Positions 8,970 to 17,395 of a stretch of 32,000 nucleotides of DNA are shown here, piece by piece. Both the position numbers and the translations under genes were made by a program. The first letter of the stretch is position 1; every line of letters begins with the position of its first letter. The notes below the pieces were generated by a model. The model did not search any database and was not told the origin of the DNA. It saw nothing but the letters and a program-made list of their open reading frames with translations. Origin of the DNA: Saccharolobus solfataricus (GTDB lineage Archaea; Thermoproteota; Thermoprotei_A; Sulfolobales; Sulfolobaceae); the NCBI RefSeq assembly GCF_900079115.1, contig NZ_LT549890.1:3000001-3032000 (forward strand). Reading direction: 5' to 3'.

Positions 8970-9013
8970 CAAAGGGATTCATCTCAAAGAGGCGAAGTTT
9001 TCCGCCCCCTTTG
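8970..9013 (-). repeat. Hairpin at the tnpB-proximal (left) end of the IS605-like element
   Basis: The outer stem pairs caaaggg (8970-8976) with ccctttg (9007-9013). It encloses an inner stem ggcg (8991-8994) / cgcc (9003-9006). Confidence 0.4.
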
Positions 9014-9112
9014 AACCCCCGTCTGTTATAAACATAATACGCAATCATAGGTCAGATTGACTACAGATGATAGCTTATATGGCTGAAATGTAGTATAAAA
9101 ATACCTAAGACG

Positions 9113-9300
9113 TACTGGTGTTTACCCGTGGCGTAACTTCTGCTTACTTTTAACCACTTCTAATTCCGCCACGGGCACCCCTCTTGAGGGCTCATACACA
9201 CTCACCCTCAACTCATTGGGGCTAGTCGAGGGAAACACCACTACCCTCCCATCCGTATTTGTCGCCCCCAATACCTCGTGAGCATAGCCCGTCATCAGTA
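9113..9300 (-). other. GC-rich multi-hairpin island: candidate structured ncRNA, or a MITE or foreign relic
   Basis: Roughly half of the bases are G+C, in AT-rich flanks. Stems are cccgtggcg 9125-9133 / cgccacggg 9167-9175 (9 bp, perfect), ttgaggg 9184-9190 / ccctcaa 9205-9211, attgggg 9215-9221 / ccccaat 9266-9272, and gaggg 9228-9232 / ccctc 9244-9248. The only ORF (9122..9313) uses G/C-ending codons, unlike its neighbours. Strand is uncertain. Confidence 0.3.
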
Positions 9301-9680
9301 TGGAGTTCATCAATTTATAATGTAGAGGAAATAATATATAAACATAATCATAATAAAGATCATATTGTGAAATGATTAAAAGTATTTAAAAGTTATGCAA
9401 ATGTGTTACAGTCTCCAACATTTGGAATCTTATTGGTTAAGATTGCCCATAGAGCGGGGAATATTTAGTAGATCATAATGAAGCCTAGGAATACTATATA
9501 CAAGCCAAGAAGTTGACACTAATTCATGAAAATTCAGTAAAGATAAAGAGCATAACAAGTATGGGCAAATAAGACTAATGGCGCTAATGGAAAATTCTAA
9601 CTTCTCACGCAAGAGTCTTAGGAATCTTCAAGCTAACTATATATTATATTATACAAAATTTTATTTTTACTATTTCTATT

Positions 9681-10577
9681 CTACCAATTTAGTACACTGG
9701 AATCGCACTCTGAGTATTTAAAGGCTAGTAGTAGAGCACCTTGTTCTGGCTCATGTTCTGCAATTACCCCTTTTATATTATTATTATCTAAATAATTTCT
9801 AAAGAAATTATAATATACTGAAGAATTAAACATTCCGCCTTTTAGGAATATTTTATCAACACCTATTTTTACTGCCAGCTGAACAGCATAACTAGCGAGC
9901 TCAAAGGCTGCGTTTTTCAATATATCTAAGGCTATCCAATCCCCTTCATTAGCCGCTTCATCTACTATTTTTGCTAATGATGCGATATCCTTAACCTTAT
10001 GACCCTCATGATAAGCCCACTTTATTAAATCATCAACATCATTTATATTCAAATTCTTCATTATCTTATCTGCAATTATTGTTTTGTTTATCCTGCCATC
10101 TAACATCTTTCCAAAAGCTCTCAGTGCTTCTCTTCCTATCCAATAAGCTGAACCTTCATCAGCTATTAACCATCCTAAGCCTCCAAACCTAACCCTCCTA
10201 TTACCATCATAGCCAACTATAACACTCCCAGTACCTGCTATAACTATAACTCCAGGGTTTCCTCTAGTTTCTGCATAAAGAGCGACAAAACCATCGTGAT
10301 CGACATAAACGTTTTTTGCAATAGATCTCAATGCTTCTGCCATTATGTTGTAATCATATCTAGAATCTACCCCAGCCAAACCTACATAAGCTACATCTGG
10401 TTTCATACCTTTTGTGGCTAATAAAATCGCTCTGTTAACGTTTTTTACAGCCTCTTCAACACCTACATTATGGAAATTCGCAGGTCCAGCTAAACCCTTG
10501 CCTAAGAAGGATCCGCTACAAGTATAAGCTATAGCACTTGTTTTACTTCCTCCCCCATCCACTCCGACAAGTATCAT
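9681..10577 (-). CDS. BadF/BadG/BcrA/BcrD-type ATPase: N-acetylglucosamine kinase / broad-specificity hexokinase family
   Basis: The 298-aa ORF begins MILVGVDGGGSKT (phosphate-1 motif) and also has GTGS and ADEGSAYWIG motifs. Size and pattern resemble the characterised Sulfolobus tokodaii ATP-hexokinase. Confidence 0.75.
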   Translation of the reverse strand: MILVGVDGGGSKTSAIAYTCSGSFLGKGLAGPANFHNVGVEEAVKNVNRAILLATKGMKPDVAYVGLAGVDSRYDYNIMAEALRSIAKNVYVDHDGFVALYAETRGNPGVIVIAGTGSVIVGYDGNRRVRFGGLGWLIADEGSAYWIGREALRAFGKMLDGRINKTIIADKIMKNLNINDVDDLIKWAYHEGHKVKDIASLAKIVDEAANEGDWIALDILKNAAFELASYAVQLAVKIGVDKIFLKGGMFNSSVYYNFFRNYLDNNNIKGVIAEHEPEQGALLLAFKYSECDSSVLNW

Positions 10578-10593
10578 GAAATATATTATGTTG

Positions 10594-11355
10594 TTAAAGA
10601 AATTTAAATGAATAGTTTAATGCGTCTAGATAGCTTTTAGGGTCTCCTACGTTTAACCATTTCTCATCTTCATTCATTTCTAACGCGTAAACTTCTTTAC
10701 CATCTAGCAACAAATTATGTATCCCATAAGTTAACTCCAACTCTTTACCTTCCTCAACCTTAATTTGCCTTAAGGCACTGAATATACTAGGCTTAAAAAT
10801 GTAAACTGCAGCTATGGCTAAGTTAGATTTTGGATGTAATGGTTTCTCCTCCGCGTCAATTACCCTATATAATTTGTGACCATTGTACATACCCTTATCT
10901 TGAACAGTTACCACACCATATCTACTAGGATTTTCCACTCTTCTGACTAAAAGTACGCCATCTGGACTTATTTCATTAAATAGCAATTTGAGAGAGTCAT
11001 ATCCTTTAGTTAGAACACCATCATCAGCATGAACGAAGAAAGGTTCATTTGTTGAGAAGTCCTCTGCCCTCAAGACTGCATCGCCAAATCCCTTAGGCAT
11101 ATCTTGAAATACAAAAGTTGGTGTTCTATCGAATAAGTATTGCATTAGTAACATTCCATTTCTTCCTACCACGATACAGAACTTTTCTACACCAATCTTA
11201 TTTAATGAATCCATTATTAAATCTATAACTGGTCTAGTTACCTTCCCTCCATTTTCCGTTACGAATAAGGGTAATAATGCCTTTGGTAATACATTTGTTA
11301 TATGTTTCATTCGACTTCCTTTTCCAGCTGATGTAATTACGGCCTTTTCAAGCAT
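10594..11355 (-). CDS. Sugar-1-phosphate nucleotidyltransferase (GalU/RmlA-like)
   Basis: The 253-aa ORF has the N-terminal signature AVITSAGKGSRM....LPKALLPL of nucleotidyltransferases. It starts 16 nt upstream of the kinase gene on the same strand. Confidence 0.8.
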   Translation of the reverse strand: MLEKAVITSAGKGSRMKHITNVLPKALLPLFVTENGGKVTRPVIDLIMDSLNKIGVEKFCIVVGRNGMLLMQYLFDRTPTFVFQDMPKGFGDAVLRAEDFSTNEPFFVHADDGVLTKGYDSLKLLFNEISPDGVLLVRRVENPSRYGVVTVQDKGMYNGHKLYRVIDAEEKPLHPKSNLAIAAVYIFKPSIFSALRQIKVEEGKELELTYGIHNLLLDGKEVYALEMNEDEKWLNVGDPKSYLDALNYSFKFL

Positions 11356-11376
11356 TAATTCATATTAAAGTATTCA

Positions 11377-11385
11377 TATTATATA
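11377..11385. repeat. Target-site duplication, left copy (tattatata)
   Basis: This 9-mer is identical to the one at 12444-12452 and abuts the IS terminus directly. It also sits about 26 nt upstream of the ATG at 11355, where a TATA box would be expected. Confidence 0.7.
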
Positions 11386-11411
11386 TGCTTTGTGGATTGC
11401 TTCAGAATTGT
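11386..11411. repeat. Left terminal inverted repeat of the IS
   Basis: The left end is tgctttgtggattgcttcagaattgt. The reverse complement of the right end is tactttgttgatttgttcaatttgt. They match at 20 of 26 aligned columns with one 1-nt gap (my hand alignment). Confidence 0.7.
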
Positions 11412-11448
11412 ACAAAAAGTTTATAAATTATTCGTTTAAGTATTACCT

Positions 11449-12348
11449 ATGGGAAAGAGTAAGTACAAGAGGGACTGGAGCAAGTACGACGAGAACGTCA
11501 TTACTAGATATAAGTTGATGTTCCCCTTCTACGTATTCGAACATTGGTGGGACTTATTAGCAGAGGAGAACAGGAACGCTAGGACAAAGTATAAAGCTCC
11601 GAAGGAGTTCGACGAATTCCTAGCCTTCCTCCACATCTTCCTACCTTACAGAGCAATAGAAGGAGTATTAAGAGCCTTAGAACAATTGAAGATCATCCCC
11701 ACAAGCCTCGATTACTCAACAATATGGAAGAGAGTGAGGAACATGAAAATAACCTTCCCCGAGGCAAGTGACGAACTTGAAGTAATTGCAGACGCTACAG
11801 GCATTAGCACAAACACGGGAGGACAATACATTGTTGCCAAGTGGGGTAAGACTAGGGATTCAAAATTCCTCAAGATCGAGATAGTAATGGACAATAACGA
11901 ATTCAACGTGATAAACGCTGAGGTCACTAGCAACGAGGTTGAAAGCGCTGTAAAAACAGTTAAGGATCTTCAAGATAAGGGAAAGAAGGTCAAGAAGTTT
12001 TATGGAGATAAGACATATGACGCCAATGAGGTTTACAAGACCGGAGTTGAGGTTGTAGTTCCTCCCAAGAAGAACGCTTCTACTAAAAGGGGCCATCTTG
12101 CTAGACGTAAGGCTGTGCGGGAGTTTAGGAAGTTGGGTTATGATCGTTGGAGGGAGGAGAAGGGTTATGGCGTTAGGTGGAGGGTCGAGTCCTTGTTCTC
12201 TGCGGTGAAGCGTACTTTTGGGGAATCGGTTAGGGCAACAAGTTTTGCTGGACAAGTAGTTGAGGCTAAGCTCAAGTTCTGGGCTTACGCGTGGATGGTT
12301 CACTTGGCGAATTCTGTAGTCGGTAGGGCTCCGGGCATTAGGGTGTAA
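11449..12348 (+). CDS. IS5-family DDE transposase
   Basis: The 299-aa ORF has candidate DDE residues in VIADATGIS and FYGDKTYD. The C-terminal signature YGVRWRVESLFSAVKRTFG is the Y..R...E......K pattern of IS4/IS5 enzymes. Confidence 0.8.
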   Translation: MGKSKYKRDWSKYDENVITRYKLMFPFYVFEHWWDLLAEENRNARTKYKAPKEFDEFLAFLHIFLPYRAIEGVLRALEQLKIIPTSLDYSTIWKRVRNMKITFPEASDELEVIADATGISTNTGGQYIVAKWGKTRDSKFLKIEIVMDNNEFNVINAEVTSNEVESAVKTVKDLQDKGKKVKKFYGDKTYDANEVYKTGVEVVVPPKKNASTKRGHLARRKAVREFRKLGYDRWREEKGYGVRWRVESLFSAVKRTFGESVRATSFAGQVVEAKLKFWAYAWMVHLANSVVGRAPGIRV

Positions 12349-12418
12349 GCTTGAGAGGAACGTTGAAATAAATATTAATTACTGAAAAATTAGTGTTATA
12401 CAATATCGTTTTAATGAG

Positions 12419-12443
12419 ACAAATTGAACAAATCAACAAAGTA
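12419..12443. repeat. Right terminal inverted repeat of the IS
   Basis: The sequence acaaattgaacaaatcaacaaagta is the reverse-complement partner of 11386-11411. Confidence 0.7.
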
Positions 12444-12452
12444 TATTATATA
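12444..12452. repeat. Target-site duplication, right copy (tattatata)
   Basis: It is identical to 11377-11385 and immediately adjacent to the IS end. Confidence 0.7.
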
Positions 12453-12466
12453 AGATCATTGTGAAG

Positions 12467-13807
12467 TTATTCTTCTTGCTCACTTTCCTCTTCCATCATA
12501 CTTAACGTCTCAGCCACTAGAAAACCTATTATTATGAATGACATAAAGATATATACTTCTATAGGAGAAGCAGAAGACAAAGAATTTATTAGCTCAAATA
12601 TACTAAAGGTCACTGCTGAAATTCCAACTATAATTTGGAACAGCCTCTTTCTGAATTTCTTGATTGAAATTTTTATTAACGAAAAATTGGCTGCTACGTG
12701 TACAAATAAACTTGAAAACAGAGCTATAGCTCCTAATACGCCAAATGCGACGAATGGGTTATTTATTAAATATAAACCGAATAATGAGGTTATAAAGTAT
12801 AATATAACGGACAATATTACAGCATTGGTAGGTCCTTTGTAATTTTCAAATTTGCTGAAAACTTTAGGTAAAAGATTAGTATAAGACATAGCGAAGATTG
12901 TCCTAGATGTTGCTATAATAAATCCTAAACTTCCTAAGATACCATCGTTTATGGCTGCAAATAAAACAAATATGAAAGTAATAAGACCAAATCTATTTTC
13001 TATTAGATGTAAAATGTCGACGTTATTAGCTGATATGTTGTAGAATAATAAATGATCACCTATTGCGTAAATATCGAATGCAGCTAGCAATCCTCCTAAT
13101 AGAATAACTGTTATTATAGCCCTACTAATTGTCTTTCTTGCATCTTTAGCCTCACCAGAAACTGGTGCTATTGCTCCATAGCCAGTAGGTATACTAGAAC
13201 CGAATAGAATAGCATATGCTAAAGTTCCTAAGTTTACATGAAAAGATAATGGATTATAAAAGTGAAATCCAGTAGAGCTTAAAAATACTAGTGCAAGTGT
13301 AGTCATAATACCTATTTCTAACAAGCTTGTAAAAACAGCGTATTTTGTGCTAATCTTTATACCCATAATTGCAAAAAAGGATGCAATTGATAGAAGACCT
13401 AGCCCTACTATCCAAGGATTTATCCCTAGGATGTGATAGAGAATATATGTAGTTCCAAAAATATACGCAACACCATATGTAGTAGAGTATAGTACATAGA
13501 GCCATCCAGTTTCAAAACCTAAACGTTTAGTTAAAGAATAAAATGCATATGTATAATAACCACCCGCTTTAGTAAATCTCTTTGAAAGTTCATAAACTAC
13601 CAATCCATTTAGGAGTACTAGTAAGGTGCCTAAAATGATTGCTATAGGGGCTAAAAAACCAGCAATAATAAACGCTTCTACGCCATATGTCAAGATACTC
13701 AGAAAGGGTGATTGAGAACCCATTGAAAGAAAAACGATATCAATAAAGCCTAAATGTCTTTTAGGTTCTTGATTCTGTTGTGCTTTGCTGATTGACGAGG
13801 TACTCAT
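12467..13807 (-). CDS. Amino acid/polyamine/organocation (APC) superfamily permease
   Basis: The 446-aa ORF has about 12 hydrophobic helices and a typical APC N-terminal segment (LGFIDIVFLSMGSQSPF...). Substrate is unknown. Confidence 0.75.
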   Translation of the reverse strand: MSTSSISKAQQNQEPKRHLGFIDIVFLSMGSQSPFLSILTYGVEAFIIAGFLAPIAIILGTLLVLLNGLVVYELSKRFTKAGGYYTYAFYSLTKRLGFETGWLYVLYSTTYGVAYIFGTTYILYHILGINPWIVGLGLLSIASFFAIMGIKISTKYAVFTSLLEIGIMTTLALVFLSSTGFHFYNPLSFHVNLGTLAYAILFGSSIPTGYGAIAPVSGEAKDARKTISRAIITVILLGGLLAAFDIYAIGDHLLFYNISANNVDILHLIENRFGLITFIFVLFAAINDGILGSLGFIIATSRTIFAMSYTNLLPKVFSKFENYKGPTNAVILSVILYFITSLFGLYLINNPFVAFGVLGAIALFSSLFVHVAANFSLIKISIKKFRKRLFQIIVGISAVTFSIFELINSLSSASPIEVYIFMSFIIIGFLVAETLSMMEEESEQEE

Positions 13808-13865
13808 CCGAAAATCACTTTTCTACGACTATTATTTAAACTCTTTCCCTTATACTGTTAAAAAA

Positions 13866-14984
13866 TTACTTTAGAATATTTATCTTTTGGACTAGTTTAA
13901 ATAATGATACCACTACGTATGCATCTACTACTGGCATAAAATCTGTTACATAAAAACTAAAGAGAGTATGATTTCCCAAGATATAAACAATTACAAATCC
14001 TATCCACATAGTCCACGCCCACATTGTAGTAGTTATCAGCTTACTGTCTCTAAAAATAAACGCAAGTGGAGTTGTAATTATCCATAGTATTAACACATAA
14101 GGATTAGTACTGGCATACAAATTGTAACCAAGATAGAAAGGATGAATGTTTAAGAACCAATCCCATGGAGTTGAAATCTGAGAAGTCGCAGTTAAAGTAA
14201 TATGGCCGTTAGTAACGTCCCACAATGCTCTGTGAATTATAGTAGCGTCTAGCCACGCCTTAATTCCACCGTAATAAGCTATTAATGGGGTAGAGAACAA
14301 AATGTATATCAAAGCTGGAATTCCTATTCCATAAATCGCTCTTTTCTTAACATTATTTGAAATCTCTCCTAGATAGTAAAGAAACGGAAATATTAGAACA
14401 TAAGCTGATTCCTTTGACAGCATAGCCAAGGCTAACGCTATACTAGCCCATAGTGGTTTATCGTTCAGTAGAAAATAAAGAGATAGAAAACTGAAGAAGG
14501 ATACGTAAATATCAAGAAGCGCTATACCGTGAAGAGACCACACATTCGGATCCAGCGCAATAAGAAGAGCAGTAAGTATTCCAGCTAAGTTGCCTAAAAT
14601 TCCGTTACTAACTAGTTTTTTGCCAAGAAAATAACCTACGATAAGCATGAGATCACCTAGAATCCAACTAGGTATTCTCCAAACTATCGGATAGTATCCC
14701 ACAAAGTAGATGAAAACTGCCATAATGTATTTAGCTAGAGGAGGATGTTCTGGATTTATATATGTTTGAATATTCTGCTCATTCGGATATCCTATATTTG
14801 TCATTGGTGGGGGAGTTACATGAAACACTAATTTTAGCATATTATAAGCAGCTGTAGGATACCATACCTCATCACCTATATATGCGTTAATAGGTGAAAA
14901 CGTAATTACTGTTTCATAAGTATATACAGAAATAAGTACAATTAAGGACAAATAAAAGAAAAAGTTAATCCACTTTAATTGCAT
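13866..14984 (-). CDS. GT-C fold glycosyltransferase (PMT/ArnT-like, GT39/GT83-type)
   Basis: The 372-aa polytopic membrane protein has a first-loop motif [15 protein letters not shown], which fits the DE..Y pattern of PMT_2/ArnT enzymes. The assignment is by pattern only. Confidence 0.5.
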   Translation of the reverse strand: MQLKWINFFFYLSLIVLISVYTYETVITFSPINAYIGDEVWYPTAAYNMLKLVFHVTPPPMTNIGYPNEQNIQTYINPEHPPLAKYIMAVFIYFVGYYPIVWRIPSWILGDLMLIVGYFLGKKLVSNGILGNLAGILTALLIALDPNVWSLHGIALLDIYVSFFSFLSLYFLLNDKPLWASIALALAMLSKESAYVLIFPFLYYLGEISNNVKKRAIYGIGIPALIYILFSTPLIAYYGGIKAWLDATIIHRALWDVTNGHITLTATSQISTPWDWFLNIHPFYLGYNLYASTNPYVLILWIITTPLAFIFRDSKLITTTMWAWTMWIGFVIVYILGNHTLFSFYVTDFMPVVDAYVVVSLFKLVQKINILK

Positions 14985-14995
14985 AAACTAAGCCT

Positions 14996-15814
14996 TTACT
15001 TCAAAATTTTTAAAGCTTCTCCAATATCCGCATTCTCGTGAATAACCTTCGATATAGCTTTAGCTAGCTTGTCTGGTTCTTCCGCTTGCCATAAATTCCT
15101 GCCTACAGTTACACCCTTAGCTCCAGCTTCTAGAGCATCTCTTAGCATCCTTAAGAATTCCTCAGTTGTATTTGTCTTAGGACCTCCTCTAATTAGGATT
15201 GGACTAAATGCCACGTTAATGACTTGTCTAAATGATTCCTTGTTTCCCGTATAATCAACTTTTAGAATATCAGCACCTATTTCTGATGCTAATCTAGTCA
15301 CATACTTTACCAAATCTACTTCTTTTACTGAATCTGGATTATCTTTTGTAACATATAAAGGTTCTACAATGAACGGTATCCCATAATCATTTGCCTCTTT
15401 TCTTAAGGAAGATAAGACACTCAAATTATACCCTTCTACTGTGTCGTTTCCATAGCCGACTACTAGATAAGTAACTACAGCATCTGCTCCAGCACTGATC
15501 GCGTCCTTTACTGTATAAATACTCGCATAATAACCCTCATTGTAGACCTTGTATTTTTGCCTCCATACGTTCGCAGTATCCAATCTAGTTATTAACATAG
15601 GTGACCCTCTTGAAAAGAAGTTCTCCTTAACAAGTTTTACCATTGAAGGTGTCATTTGTAAGGCATCTGGACCATTTTTAGCAATTTTAGCTACGACTTC
15701 TACAGGATTTTCTATTCCCTTCAATGGTCCCATTACCAATCCGTGATCTAAGGCAACAACAAAAGCTCTACCTTTATCAAATAACTTGGCCATTCGAATT
15801 TCTGAACCAATCAT
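14996..15814 (-). CDS. Class I aldolase of the DhnA/FbaB (archaeal class IA fructose-bisphosphate aldolase) family
   Basis: The 272-aa ORF contains FVVALDHGLVMGP, DAVVTYLVVGY and ADILKVDY (Schiff-base Lys region). All three are typical of this TIM-barrel family. Confidence 0.75.
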   Translation of the reverse strand: MIGSEIRMAKLFDKGRAFVVALDHGLVMGPLKGIENPVEVVAKIAKNGPDALQMTPSMVKLVKENFFSRGSPMLITRLDTANVWRQKYKVYNEGYYASIYTVKDAISAGADAVVTYLVVGYGNDTVEGYNLSVLSSLRKEANDYGIPFIVEPLYVTKDNPDSVKEVDLVKYVTRLASEIGADILKVDYTGNKESFRQVINVAFSPILIRGGPKTNTTEEFLRMLRDALEAGAKGVTVGRNLWQAEEPDKLAKAISKVIHENADIGEALKILK

Positions 15815-15823
15815 AGAAGTAGA

Positions 15824-17296
15824 TTAAACTCTTTGCTTAAATTCTCTTATAATCGCTATTACCAACCTTCTACCATAAGGGTTAAAAGCGTAGTTGTATA
15901 GAGTAAAGACCAAAATTGCTACGACAGCATATATGCCCATTGCCAAAAAACTTACTGGTCTATAAACAGTTGACAAAGGCAAACTGAGTGCGCTTAAGCC
16001 TAATGGTATAAGAAATTCTCGCAATGGAAATCTAAAATTATAAATTCGCTTACATACATTATAGGAGGTAAACAGCATTGAAAATGAATTAGTTATTATC
16101 CCAATACTCATAAAGGCTGCTAATAAATAAGGCGAGTAAGAGGAGAAGAAGTAAATCAGTAAAGTTGAAATTCCTAAACCTAGTAATGAAAAAAGTAAAT
16201 TGGAAGTTGTAAGCTTAAATAGGTAACCCTTAAATTCATCCTTGGATTCTACTGACAGAGTGGGATCGGCCATTGTTATACTTTGATAGAAGATACTATA
16301 CAAGCCTCTTATGAAATTTGAAAAAGTAAGTATATATAGTGAGAAAATAGCTGCTATATACTCAGGTCTTAGTTTGTATAAAACTCCATATCCGTCTAAG
16401 AAAATAAGAATTAAAAATAAGCTACCAACTATTGAGTAAAGTTTGATTGCATCAACGATTATAGATGGATTTTTATCTTCAGCTAACTTAGCCATAAGCC
16501 CTGTATATATTGCTTGTGACCAAATTTGAATATTACTAACTATAATTGCTGATTCAAAATATGCTACTACTAGATCTGAATTTACTATACCTAGAGTTAT
16601 CCATACTATTGATGCTTCTAGAATATATTGAATATAATTCGCTATATATACTACTGCTTTTCTAACAGCCGAAAAAGCTACCTTAAAGTCAATCTTGAGA
16701 TTAGCTCTTATAAAGAATAAATTGAATAATACTTGAGCAAGATAGCCTATACTGTAAGCTAAGATTACTGCCAGAATAGAAAGATTAAATATAAACATGA
16801 ATATAATCCCTGAAACTAATCTTAAAACTTGAAAGATTAGTGCAGAAATTCCAACAATCTTGGGTGTTCTTCCTTGAGCTATTGAATTTGTTACAGTCAG
16901 TAAATAGGTTAAAATGATTAGCGATATTGCAGAATAGAAATAGATAGGAACATCCAGCTTAGTTAAAGAAATGTAGTATGGAACTAAAAGAGCGAAAACC
17001 AAACTTGAACTAATTCCAGCTATCAAGTTAATTATTACTATTCCTCCTACATTCTTCCTTTCTGCAGAATATCTTGACGTTATTAATGAGAATAGATTTG
17101 CGGGTATCGTAAAATAACCTATTGTGAAAACGTACAAGGTTTGCCATGTCGCAAAATAAGTAATACCATAAGGAGGATTCGATAAGTACTTTGCAACCAT
17201 TAACGTGAAGACAAATGAAATAGGAGCACCTAAAGCCCTAGTTAGTAAGTTAATAATACCTATTCTTGTAACTCTCACAGTCTCTTTTTTATCCAC
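15824..17296 (-). CDS. MOP-superfamily polysaccharide/oligosaccharide flippase-like membrane protein
   Basis: The 490-aa ORF has about 14 TM helices and no soluble domain. Its length and topology fit Wzx/RfbX-type transporters. Confidence is low to moderate because I see no diagnostic motif. Confidence 0.5.
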   Translation of the reverse strand: MDKKETVRVTRIGIINLLTRALGAPISFVFTLMVAKYLSNPPYGITYFATWQTLYVFTIGYFTIPANLFSLITSRYSAERKNVGGIVIINLIAGISSSLVFALLVPYYISLTKLDVPIYFYSAISLIILTYLLTVTNSIAQGRTPKIVGISALIFQVLRLVSGIIFMFIFNLSILAVILAYSIGYLAQVLFNLFFIRANLKIDFKVAFSAVRKAVVYIANYIQYILEASIVWITLGIVNSDLVVAYFESAIIVSNIQIWSQAIYTGLMAKLAEDKNPSIIVDAIKLYSIVGSLFLILIFLDGYGVLYKLRPEYIAAIFSLYILTFSNFIRGLYSIFYQSITMADPTLSVESKDEFKGYLFKLTTSNLLFSLLGLGISTLLIYFFSSYSPYLLAAFMSIGIITNSFSMLFTSYNVCKRIYNFRFPLREFLIPLGLSALSLPLSTVYRPVSFLAMGIYAVVAILVFTLYNYAFNPYGRRLVIAIIREFKQRV

Positions 17297-17395
17297 ATTT
17301 TTACGTATCGAAAATAAAGTATTTATAGTCTATCGAATCAAAAAGGTTTGAGATTAATCTAATAATATTATAAAAATCTCTTATCAACAGAGTTG

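Larger units (their letters stand above)
7626..9013 (-). mobile_element. IS200/IS605-family element of the tnpB-only (IS1341-like) type, decayed; boundaries approximate
   Basis: It contains a TnpB/OrfB reading frame flanked by imperfect hairpins near both ends (7633-7677 and 8970-9013). G+C is visibly higher than in the surroundings. No tnpA-like ORF is present. Confidence 0.7.
11386..12443 (+). mobile_element. IS5-family insertion sequence, ISC1058-like, apparently intact
   Basis: Terminus to terminus it is 1058 bp, with imperfect IRs, a perfect 9-bp direct repeat on both sides, one 299-aa DDE transposase ORF, and higher G+C than the flanks. The name rests on my recollection of the S. solfataricus IS of this length and family. 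Confidence 0.8.

Noticed and set aside
9122-9313. 63-aa ORF (MMNSILMTGYAHEV...) as a real protein gene
   Set aside because: It exactly coincides with the GC-rich hairpin island. Its codons end mostly in G/C, unlike all neighbouring genes. I see no promoter-like box at the right distance and no recognisable family. I treat the region as RNA, MITE or relic instead.
9270-9313. C/D-box sRNA (AUGAUGA ... CUGAUGA on the minus strand)
   Set aside because: The spacer between the C box and the CUGA is only 8 nt, too short for a guide. No proper terminal CUGA D box follows at about 12 nt (acga instead).
9430-9612. 60-aa ORF in the AT-rich spacer upstream of the kinase gene
   Set aside because: Its composition is low-complexity and Leu/Ser/Ile-rich, with no motif and no start context. 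It looks like a chance ORF in AT-rich DNA.
11860-12303. 147-aa (and 73-aa, 11712..11933) antisense ORFs inside the IS transposase gene
   Set aside because: The sense ORF carries the DDE/YREK-type signature. The antisense ORFs are Pro/Leu/Ser-rich shadows.
12534-12842. 102-aa ORF antisense to the APC permease
   Set aside because: It is a shadow ORF. The minus-strand permease spans the whole region with consistent TM periodicity.
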